Below are positions 53,885-64,000 of a stretch of DNA of 64,000 nucleotides, piece after piece. The position numbers were made by a program, and so were the translations under genes. A model generated the notes under the pieces. It worked only from the letters and a program-made list of their open reading frames with translations, searched no databases and was not told the origin of the DNA. Each line of letters opens with the position of its first letter. The first letter of the stretch is position 1. The DNA is from Vicugna vicugna (taxonomy: Eukaryota): NCBI GenBank assembly GCA_013265495.1, contig MU058636.1:6960295-7024294 (forward strand), written 5' to 3'.

Positions 53885-54964
53885 CTAAAGTTTTTCCAAA
53901 CTTTTCGGGTTGGTTAGGATCTCTCTTGCCAGTCGCCACGTTTGTTTGGCAGCGTTCTCCAAAGCCGAGTGAGGTTTGCCTTGAAACAGATCTAAGTTTG
54001 GTAGGAAGTAGTGAGGACACCGCCGGCACTGCAGGCAGGAGATAAGTTGCAGCAAAATCCCGTTAAGCCGATCACCCAGGCAAGACTCGTCCCAGTCTGA
54101 CTCCCGGGGATGCTTTTCACACTCATAGGAAACCAAAGTCTTCATGTGGTAATTGTTCAGGGGCTGGCCTGGCAGTTCAAGGTGACGATCCCGTAAGGTT
54201 TTGAGGATGGAGAGGCATTTCTTTCTGCAGCCCCCCATCTGAAGTCTGTTCTCTGCCTCCGCGAACTGCAGCACCCAGGCGTCGCTCTCGGCTGAGCTCT
54301 GCTTGCCGGCCAGGGAGTGGCACTCCTTGGACAAGAGATTGAACCCCTCCGCTTTGACCTCCGCCACCCGGTTGGGTCCCGGCCAGGGGATGTGGGGAAG
54401 TGGCCAGTGGGCAGCACTCCTCGGCCAGATCCCGGTGCATTTAAAAGCCGGGGTGATCTGCACCACGTACCTATCTCGGATTCTCAGTTTCACTTCGCTG
54501 GTGTCTGCCACCATCTTTACCACATCCCTGTAGCTACATTTGTCTACCGCTTGAGCCACCAGCGTCTGAAACCTGGACCGGATTTTGCGCGCCGAGAGGT
54601 AGCCGGATGCGGTAATGAATTCCACCCAGAGGGACATGCTCCTCTTGCGCCCGTCGCTCAACTTCAGCACCGCGCAGCCGGGCAGCGAGCCGTCGTCCAC
54701 AAAGTTGAACACCCCCATTTGGTTAAGGTAAAGCACCACTTCAAATTCGGTGGGGGAGATGACCTCGAGGCCCTCGTAGCGATTGTCCATCTCGTTGAGA
54801 GAGCTGATGAATCGGGGCTCCTGCACTTCCACCTCCTTCAGGACGTCGGAAACTACTTTGCAGACTTCCCGGATAGTTTTGGCAATGGCAGCTTTCCTGG
54901 CTTGGCATTTTTCGTTGTAGTATTTATTCAGATGGTAGACCAGCTTGGCCTGAGCCGCGATCAT
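53885..54964 (-). CDS. MAB21L1: Putative nucleotidyltransferase MAB21L1 (Mab-21/cGAS-like fold), intronless, 359 aa
   Basis: MIAAQAKLVYHLNKYYNEKC...NPKSLEKL; ATG at 54964 in context aacATGa, TAG at 53887-53885. Residues HLNKYYNEK, NEMDNR, CHSLAG and SLEKL distinguish it from MAB21L2. Nested antisense in NBEA as known for this gene. Confidence 0.99.
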   Translation of the reverse strand: MIAAQAKLVYHLNKYYNEKCQARKAAIAKTIREVCKVVSDVLKEVEVQEPRFISSLNEMDNRYEGLEVISPTEFEVVLYLNQMGVFNFVDDGSLPGCAVLKLSDGRKRSMSLWVEFITASGYLSARKIRSRFQTLVAQAVDKCSYRDVVKMVADTSEVKLRIRDRYVVQITPAFKCTGIWPRSAAHWPLPHIPWPGPNRVAEVKAEGFNLLSKECHSLAGKQSSAESDAWVLQFAEAENRLQMGGCRKKCLSILKTLRDRHLELPGQPLNNYHMKTLVSYECEKHPRESDWDESCLGDRLNGILLQLISCLQCRRCPHYFLPNLDLFQGKPHSALENAAKQTWRLAREILTNPKSLEKL

Positions 54965-55334
54965 GTTGGGGCAGAGATCCGGATTGTACACCGGAGTCTC
55001 GCAGTAAGCTGTGGGATCCAATGCGGCTGCTAGAGCTGGAGCCAACTTCGGTGGAGAAACGGGCCGCCGCGCTCAGAAATGTATCAGAAACGTCTTTCCG
55101 AAGTGCTGCAGCGGGTGGATTCCTAGCGGCCGCGTTCCCCTTCCTTTTATCTTTGAGCCCAGCCGATCTTAAAGTGAAAGATTGTTCTACCCCCTCTGTT
55201 TCTCTTCCTCTTTTAAAGAATCCTTGTGTGAGAGAAACGCAAGGAGAGATCACCTTCTCAGTAATAAAAACAAAAGTTGCGCTGAGACCCAGCAAAGCTC
55301 TTCCAGTAGTCAAAATAATCAACCCTTTCCGTAT

Positions 55335-55358
55335 TTATTTACGCATTCCTGTAATCAT
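55335..55358 (-). other. uORF MITGMRK* in the MAB21L1 5' UTR
   Basis: ATG ATT ACA GGA ATG CGT AAA TAA. These are the only ATGs between the putative TSS and the main start; A at -3. Confidence 0.6.
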
Positions 55359-55459
55359 TGTGTGTGCAGGACTGTTAATCAGATGGAGGAAAAGTGTGCT
55401 GAGTGTGTGTCGGGGGTGAGTGTGCGTGTGTATGTGTCAGAAGAAGCTGCTGTTGGTTT

Positions 55460-55585
55460 GTCTAAGAGCCCAGATGCACTCGTGTGGAAATTATAAAGGC
55501 AGGGCCAGGCAGGCTGGCGGCCAATCGCCACTGGGCTCGTCACGACAGCCTCCGTGAGCTCCAACCCGGCTAATTAATCCCCCTC
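55460..55585. promoter_or_regulatory. MAB21L1: MAB21L1 core promoter: TTATAA/TATAAAG box, CCAAT box, CRE half-site, homeodomain site
   Basis: attataaagg 55490-55499, ggCCAATcg 55521-55525, CGTCA 55538-55542 and TAATTAATCC 55571-55580, about 530-620 nt upstream of the ATG. Confidence 0.7.
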
Positions 55586-56979
55586 ATGGATATAGGCACA
55601 CAAACTGAAGGTAGGAGGCTGCTGCCGGCAGAAAACCACCCAGGCCACCTAGACAGTCTTGGAAATCAAGAGGAATCTCTCAGCTTTGGTATTAATTGAA
55701 GCATATTGACGTTTTGAAAAGACTTGGCAAAGTGGTTCTCTTCTGTGCTGAAAACCCTGCTTGTCTTTTTACCGATGAAATGCAAATACAGGTGTACTAA
55801 TGTTCATCCATCAATTGGTGAACTAGATGGGGTTTTCTGAAACAAAAGTCACTAACTTGCATTTAGAGTAAGATAATTAATGTCTGTTAATCCTCGAGGG
55901 CCTTTTGAATGCAGGTTGGGAGTTTGCTCTTTCATGTATATGCAAGTTGGCTTAGATGGACTAACTAATACCTGTGTGATTTTTCTGGATGTTCTGATAC
56001 CAGAATGATTTCTTTTATGTTATGCAGTGTTTAATTTGTTTTTTCCTCATTTGTAGTTGTTCAATATGACAATTATTGCTGTTAAATGTTGTCTACCCCA
56101 GTTTAAGCTAGGATGTTTAAAAAATGTTTAGTACACCCCTCCCCCCATCTGCAGTCCTCTTTGTACTTTGATAGACGTGCCCAACATTATAACCAGGACA
56201 TGAAGTTTTGTATGCACTGGCAGAAATATTTGAGAAATAAACTATCTGTGTGATCGAGAGATTATTTTAGTGTGAGTTCATAATGAGCTGTATTTAATAG
56301 GTAAACATTCAGGAGAGATCATAGAGATGAGACCTACTGGCAGATAACCTGAAAATTTGCAGGTTTGGGCTTTCTGGCTTGTTTACAGATGTATAATTAA
56401 GGCTATATGTCTTCTCCTAAGTGTCCTTAGTGGTCACCTGACAGTAGACTTCTAATCTTATATTATTTCATAGATTTGATTACAGGAAAATGGTTGCGGT
56501 TTTAAAAGAAAATTAATTTGCAGTCATCCAGGGCTTTTTTAATTTAAATATCATTTTTGAAACCTTTGAAAGAAATCATTTCTAAATTTGGGAACCTAGA
56601 ACCAGGAGTGAGAAATGGATTTATGTGGAACATTTTTTTTTCCTGGTGGTACCGATTGTTTCCTTAATGTACAGGAAATAGAAGAAATACGACTTAGGGA
56701 TTCTGTAGTGGTTTTTAAACCTAGGCAGATTTTTAATTGCCTACCTTTAAATTAGATGCTGTCTTTTTCAAATTAAGAATCTTACCAACAAAATCCTATA
56801 ACTCCTGGAACCGGTTTGTGGGTACTTTCCTTCAGAGCCACTTGTAATAAGATCTTGTTTAGGGCTTCCACTTTTTACTCAAGCATTTGATTTTTTTTTC
56901 CTTCTTTGCACCCATAGAGCATCATACTTTCTCGTTATCCAAGAGTGGTAGATTCCGATTTAGCTTAAAATAGTACATT

Positions 56980-57790
56980 AGACTCGGGGCTCATAGCATC
57001 TATCCACTCTGTCCCCCAAGAACCTTTCATTCCCTTAGGAGCAGGGCTTGGGAGCACCCGCCAGCCCGTCCTCACTTTGCCAGCGATGCGGGTGAACGCA
57101 CTGCTACCCTTTGGCATTTGGAAGAGAAGGAAGAGGAGGCAAATCAGAGCCCCAGAACCTGCGGCCACGAAGGCGAAGATGTGCCGTGGTCTCTGAGGAA
57201 AAGCCACCTTTGTCCCCACCCAGCGCAGGTTCTGCGCGCTTCCCCCTGTGCCTCTCTTCCGCTGCTCCGCACTCCCGGGCCATCCTTCTTTCCTCTCTCT
57301 GCTCTATGTCCCACAGGCTTTAGTGTGTGTGCGCGCGCGCCTGTGGGTTATTTTAAAACCTTACTTGGTGTCGGGAGTTTCTCCACGGCCGCTAGGCCAC
57401 GTTCTCTGCCCCGGCGCCCGTCCGCCCGAAAATCGCTGGGCCCACGTGCGGTCGCGGCCGAGCCCCGCGCTTCCTGGTCGCCGTCGCCGGCCCCTGCGCC
57501 CAGTGGGCTTTCCCTCGCGTTCAGCTCAGAGTTGCTTGGCTGAGACCTGGTCTCTCGATTTGGGGGGGCTACCTGCAGATGCCCCCGATTGTCCAGAATG
57601 TGAGGCAGCCTGGGAGGCGGAGGCCCCGGGGCCGTTTGGGGGACCCTGGCTCGGCCGTCCGGGTGGGCCTGACGCGAAGGACGCGAGGGGCGCCGGGCAG
57701 CCGCTCTGGAGCCAGGCGCGCAGGTGGCGCATCTTCGGGGCTCACTGTGCGGCTTAATTGGGTTAAAGCGAAGCTAAACGCCGAAGCACT
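56980..57790. promoter_or_regulatory. CpG island upstream of MAB21L1
   Basis: Dense CpG/GC segment 1.5-2.3 kb beyond the promoter. TAATTG homeodomain motifs at its right edge (~57755, ~57801). Confidence 0.88.
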
Positions 57791-60700
57791 TTGTGCAAAC
57801 TAATTGGTATAACCAGGGCCTTTTCACTAACGATTTGCACTTTGAAGAAGAAAAATGGATGGTGAGAAAAGGGCTAAGAAACTCGTTAGTCCTAGAGTGT
57901 TGCGGGGAAGTGAAGTCATTCGGTTTCAAGGACGCCAGACTGTTTTCTGAGCTGCTTCCTTCAGCACCCTTCAAGCGGGGAGCTGACAGTGATTTACATA
58001 ACAGAGGATTCACCCATCCGCTCTTATCACTGTGGGTGAACTGGGCGCCCTGGAATAATACTCCAGCGCAAGTACTTCTTGTTGCTGCAACACAGTGATT
58101 TTCTATTACACTGAACACGTGAAATGAATTGCCTTCTGTAGCTGATCCTTTCAGTGATCTCAGACACCTCTCATTGTTAAAGGGAAAAATTAAACTATTC
58201 TGAGGAGTGTTTTCTACCCCTTAATTTTTTTTTTATTGAAATGACCTATGGGGAGGAATTTAAAATATATAGTATATTTTTCTGTAATTCTGCTGATTTT
58301 CACCCAGGCTTTGGAGATAGATTTGTTTTGTGGGAGCAATTTATTTAACTATTTTATGGTAATTTTTAAAACTATCAATTGACCTATTGAACTAGTTATT
58401 TCATGTGATTGTGTAATACATGGAGATAGCTTAAAATAAAGTGATTTGCTTAGGTGAAAAGTTCATAAAACAACTCTAATGACACCAATCTTACTTGTAT
58501 TATTTTTTTTACTATAAATATAATCATAGTAGTTAGTACTAGAATAAAAGCTTGTGTGTGTTTCCTGTGCTTTAGGATATAAATGCTTAATTGTTTTCAT
58601 TGGTATGCTGTGCAGACATCTTTGACATGAGCCAAGAATAGAATGATAATTGAAGAAAACTGACCTAATTGAAGGAAAAAAACCACAAGAATCTCACGAT
58701 TTAATGACAATTTTGAGATGCTTGCATTTGAATGGTATTTGGAATTTTAAGTCTAAGGGATTTGACTTTTTCATTTCACTTAATTTACTAGGCAGCCTTA
58801 CTTTAAAATGTGTTATTATGAAAAAAGTTGAAGAAAGTCACAAGCATACCATTATCATAAATTTTAGGACTATTAATGAATATATAATAATTAAATATTG
58901 TGATCCTTAACACTTCCAACCATTCAAAATAACAACAGCAAAATAATTTTTCCTGAAGTTCTGTTTCCTAGGTAACTTATTCTCCCTTCTGTAAGCCTAC
59001 TTAACTTTATGAGATACACAAAGTAATGTGCAAATAGTCACCTTATTAGGTTTAAAGGAAAACTCTATTATGTTGAGAGATGGAGGAATGCGAGGTTTCT
59101 GTGTTTTTAAAAAGAAAACCTAATTTAAATCTGAATTACATGTTCATAAATTTAAGCAATTGTGACCTTTCATCTGGAAAAATATATCTGTTAGAGGATA
59201 TGCATACACATGTTAAATGCTCACATAGATATTGTTTTGTGTTTTTTCATTATCTACTGGCTGCTGTTCTGTTCACAAGCATTCATGAATTTAAAGTTTT
59301 TTTTTTTAATATGTGCTTATTACACTGGGGAGATAAAAAGAATATGAAGTTGAGTTTATTAAATTATTTATCCCTACTGCTGGAGTGGCTTTGAAGGCTC
59401 ATTGTATGCGTCTGATTTCTAGACCCCCCCCCTTCTTTTTTAAAATGCACCCAGGCTATTTCATCTGTTTCATTCTGCCAGACACAATATATTTCTTTTT
59501 TTACACCAGAGAAATTAAAGACAGATATTTGTGCAGGGTTTTCTTTATGTGTCACATTAAATAAAGTAAAATAGAGAGAGTTTTTCTGGTAATCTAATTT
59601 GATGGCATCTATACCTTTCTTCCTGTTGTGACTCCTTGTATAAGAACACTTGAAACAAAATAGCTTGAGAGCTTCAAAAGTTTCAGTGATTTCCTAAAAT
59701 AATTATATCATATTTTAGTATCAGGCTTATGATAATGTAGAGAATTAAGGTCACTGTTTGCACAATATCCTATTTTATTCCTTTAACCAGAGCATCCTAG
59801 TGATTGTGGTTAAATTTTAAAAATTACTTCCTTAGTTCTTCACTTGATGTTCAAGGCTTTTGCCTCAGCTTTCCTCATCCCTCTAGTACATGATCATACA
59901 GTCACATTGGTAGTGGGGAATACTTTTTTATCTTACAGTGTTGCTTAGTAAATTTGTTACTGGTGTTAAAAAATGTTGAAAAGAAAGTAACTTTGAGATT
60001 AAAGATGGAAGTTGGAAGTGTACTTTACCAGAATTAGCACCACTACTAGATTTGCAGATTTGAGGTTAACTCTGGATAACTCTGGCCAAAACCTTTCTTT
60101 TGGTAGAAAAAAGACATTTCAAGTCTGGGTTATTTACATAATTGTCTCAATTTCCTCATTTCATTTGAATGTATACACAAAGGTACAGGATATTTTAAGT
60201 TGCATCTGCAACTGCCAAATTTGAAAGGCAGGGTTATCAACCAGAAGACTTTGTTATTGTTCACAATCAATTGTGGTCTCTAACCCTTTCCAAACATTTA
60301 AGGATTTGGGGGTTAATCTCTCATTTATTGAGTACTATGGCGGAAGCATTGATTCCAAGATTCCAGTTCCTCATAGACCCTTTAGAAAGTCACTGTTATC
60401 TTTATAATCTATACAATTTAAATTCATTTTACAAGATTCCATCTTATGTTTTTAATTTGGATATTGTAGACATATTCTGACAGGATAAATGGGCTCATGT
60501 GATTCTTTTCTAAATGAATGTATGAAAACTAGGTATTCCTTAACCCATAACTAATGTAGATTTATAGACATTTGCGTATATGACTACATCCTTAGTACTC
60601 TTAGTACCCTGCAGTTTTATTACACTTGAAGAAAACAATGGAATCAAATGCGATTAGTGTCTGTTAATCTGTACATCTGTAGTGGGTCATCCAGGACTGC

Positions 60701-61399
60701 ACAGCTCTCATTACTGTCTCAGACCATGTGTGATTAAACCACTGAAAATATGCAATGTTACCTTGAGACTAGGGTATGGTATGTAGATAATCAACTTCCA
60801 GTGATTGCATGAACACTTCCTATTCCTAATTTTTGGAGCTTATTTTTAATGAGTAAAGCAATTCTTCTAAACTAGGATTTATTTTTTAAATGATCAGTAA
60901 CTGGAGTAATAATTAAAAGGATAATCACATTAAATAAAAAACTATTACCTTTTATCACATATATTATATGCAATAAAACAAATGCTTTATAGAAAAAATT
61001 GAAATCAGTTTATGAATAGGAATTTACAGGTTTACATATAGAAATAGATTATAAGCATTTTCTGAGATGAGAACACCTAAATAATATTTAATTTCCACTT
61101 ACGTGTAATTATTTTCACTGTTGTAATAATATACACTTTAGTGTACCTATGTGTACTACTTCTTAAAAGCGCAATTTTTCCATATGACTTGTCAAAAATG
61201 TCAGATCAAAAGTACTAAGAAGTTATTAATACTTTTTAATCTACATGTTTATTCATTTTATCTAGCCACCTACATCAAATCAAAAGCATGATGAGCATAA
61301 GGCATTTGTAAGATGTAGTGTCTCTTAATAAAAACTTGTGGACCCTGTGAAAAAAAGTTATAGCATTATTATTTTATTTTTATGTGAAATCTATTTTTA

Positions 61400-61570
61400 T
61401 TATTAAAGTCAGGTTGATTATGTATATTTTGCAGACATTACTGTTCTAGTCTATGATTTTTCCATATGAGTGTGCCATTCTATGAACTTTGACAAATATA
61501 TACAGTCATATAACATCTGGCACATTGAACATTTCCTTGGCCACAAAAGAAGTTTCCTTGTGCCCCTATT
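61400..61570 (-). mobile_element. Old L1 3' end fragment
   Basis: ttctatgaactttgacaaatatatacagtcatataac...gaacatttcc...aagtttccttgtgcccct. Confidence 0.6.
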
Positions 61571-64000
61571 TTATTTTTTAACTTGCAAAATTTATGATTA
61601 ATTTATAAAAATTGGGTGTTTTGATTTTATATCAAAAAATCCTTAGACTATAAACACCTTTATTTATTCCTCTAAAATTTATTGTTTCTTTATGCTTCTA
61701 ATTTAAGACCAGTTCAGTCAGAGAGCACCAAAATAGCAGCAAGATAAAAAATGCTATTTCAGATATACAAGCAATAGGTTTATAATTTTTGTTTTACATA
61801 AAAGTTATTTAATTTTAATGTGTGACATTGGTAAAGGATTCATTTTTCAAGGGAACTGCTAATATTTGTTATGCTAGTATGAATATATGTGTTAGACTGA
61901 GGAATATAGTTTACAGTGGCTCATCAAAATATGTATAAGAAACAGGGATTCCTCTTATAAGATAGCAGATTTGAGGCATATATGTAATGTTACTAGCTTT
62001 ATGTCATCAGAGAAATAAATCTCCTCTAAGTATTTGAATTACATTTTACTTTGCATTTTTGGTAGATTAATCCTCCCTTTGAGTGGTAGGGGATGAGGCC
62101 AAGGAGTTTATTAGAGCTAATATTAATTGATATATACACATTCTTGGAACATATGCTTCAAATTCTAATTTTGTATAAATATGCATTATCATTCAAATTT
62201 AGATGGTTAGAAATACTCCAAAGAATTATTAAATTGTAGTAGTACAAATATATTCATTGATAATGATACCCCTTTCAAGTATTTTGCCTTTTTGCAACTT
62301 GGAATAGTACAACTAGTCTTCTCTTTCTTCCCCAAGACATAAAATTATTTAAATACTTTGTGCTTGATATTTTTATTTGGCAATTACAATAGAAGTTTTA
62401 ATGTTATGCATGCTTACAGGCCTATTAAGAAACAAGTTATTGCTTTCTTAATAATCTTAAACCATTTTTAGGAAGTACACTCTTTTTATGGTTTGCAAAA
62501 TAGCCCATGCATGCAGACTATACGTACGTACACACGAACACACACACCACTCCAGTGTTTCAAATAGTAAAAGGTTGAATTGGTCTCTGTACATTTTTTA
62601 TGTTAACCTATTAAAAGGAAAACAGGCACTAAGTATAGGATTCTTGTCACCACGGAGGATTTAATATCACATCTGCAAGATTGTTCTGTAACAACCCTTA
62701 CAGTTTTAAAAAATACCTTAAGAGGTTGCAGCTAAATGGATTTTTAAAATAATAACAACTGGAAGTTCCAATAGTATTTATCCAGTTATTATATTATTAT
62801 CCCAGTTTAGGTAGTATATACTAGGGCAGTTGATTACTAGCCATTCTGTCCATATAAATAAAAATATATTACTCAGTCACTCACATACATCATGCGTGTG
62901 TATATACATAAAAACACCTGCACTTACTTAAAACTATTTTCACTTTTTTGCAACAGACCAAGGTTAAGTTTTTTGCAACATGAACCTGTATTTGATAAGC
63001 ATATTGCATAACTCACTGGGGAGGGGAACGTGGGGGTTTTTTTGGTTAAGGAGGGTTTGGGGGGGCTTGTTGTTGTTTTTTTCCCTTTTTACTAGCAAAT
63101 TCAGTTCTTCATTTGTTTTGCTCTCCACGCTGCATTAGCACAGTTTTCCCCTGAGTGCATCTGCCAGTGTACAATTTAGCCACGGGCATCTGTAGACCTT
63201 GTGGTGATCAGTATTGCAGGCAAAAGCCATATGTGTTTAAATAAAAAAAAAATCTCTTTATTTCATTTGCTGTTTTAACTGGATGGATAACTTTTGTGCC
63301 TCAAGACAGAAGAAGAAAAAATACAGAAATAATTAATTGCCTCTATTCTTGAGGCAGTTTCATTTCCCCCTCCAATATGGAATGCTTGTCAGCTTTCCTG
63401 ATAAATGACTGCATGTATTTGCATAGATTTTACATTAACACAAAAATTAGTTTTATTTGTGGAAAACTAGTTTACATAATAATATAAAACCTAGTGTTAT
63501 TGATTATGTTTCCAAGCATTGATGATTTTTTTAAAGGGATCTTAGTCTTCTTATTTTTCAAAGGTCTGCTCAACCTATTTCTTAATTTGAACTTTTTTTT
63601 GCTTTATATACTTTTGCATTATACAAGACAAACATATTTATAAAATGTTAAAATTTGAAAAATTATTTTCTAGCTATATTAACCACAACAGTTTCAGAAC
63701 CAGAGTTCGTAGCACTCATTTGGTAAATTGATTCTGATTTTAAACTTTAGCCGAGGAATATTTTTAAATACTTACTATCAACTGCATACGCCTCAAACGG
63801 TTGGAGGATTGCATCTGTGCAAATGATTTTAATTTTGATATTCATGTTATCCAAAGGATGGGTAGTCTATTGGGTGTGTGCAGTTGAGCTCACTCCTGAG
63901 ACATTATGCATTGTTTACAACCAATTTTAAAATTAATCTGAGAACGATTCTTTCTACCTTCAATCTGTTTCCTTAAACATACTTAATCAACTGATCACCC

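Noticed and set aside
54965..55045. 386-aa version of MAB21L1 in the ORF track
   Set aside because: It starts at TTG. The family N-terminus MIAAQAKL begins at ATG 54964, so the extension is kept only as a low-interest finding.
54317..55419. + strand ORFs of 238 aa and 132 aa, and other short ORFs overlapping MAB21L1
   Set aside because: Antisense or off-frame shadows of a GC-rich CDS and its UTR; no recognisable domain, and several begin at non-ATG codons.
57111..58118. Several 68-169 aa ORFs
   Set aside because: CpG-island composition artefacts; low complexity and no homology recognised.
1..64000. Prokaryotic systems (CRISPR array, CBASS operon around the cGAS-like gene)
   Set aside because: The window is mammalian (spliceosomal introns, LINEs/SINEs, CpG islands). 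There is no regularly spaced repeat array and no operonic neighbours.

Overview
Mammalian genomic DNA, AT-rich and mostly intronic. It is probably a camelid, inferred from two Vic-1-like tRNA-derived SINEs. The + strand carries three internal coding exons of neurobeachin (NBEA): 16281-16405, 30754-30897 and 51121-51257. They splice in frame into the region leading into the BEACH-associated PH domain. The single-exon gene MAB21L1 (CDS 54964-53885, 359 aa, cGAS-like Mab-21 nucleotidyltransferase fold) is nested antisense in the intron after the third exon. It has a TATA/CCAAT promoter near 55.5 kb and CpG islands at about 49.3-50.1 kb and 57.0-57.8 kb. The rest is interspersed repeats (young and old L1, a full-length Tigger1, MIR, L2, MER20, Charlie MITEs, solo LTRs) plus a long repeat-poor zone around MAB21L1. 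The nesting itself is established biology, and I see no wholly new gene system. The best leads are: (i) a compact bidirectional promoter that could also drive a + strand alternative first exon for a short NBEA isoform; (ii) a uORF and no CAG tract in the MAB21L1 5' UTR; (iii) a 138-bp direct duplication bracketing an NBEA exon; (iv) a young L1 whose junction has the signature of a twin-priming inversion. Repeat family names and comparisons with human sequences are from memory, not from database searches.
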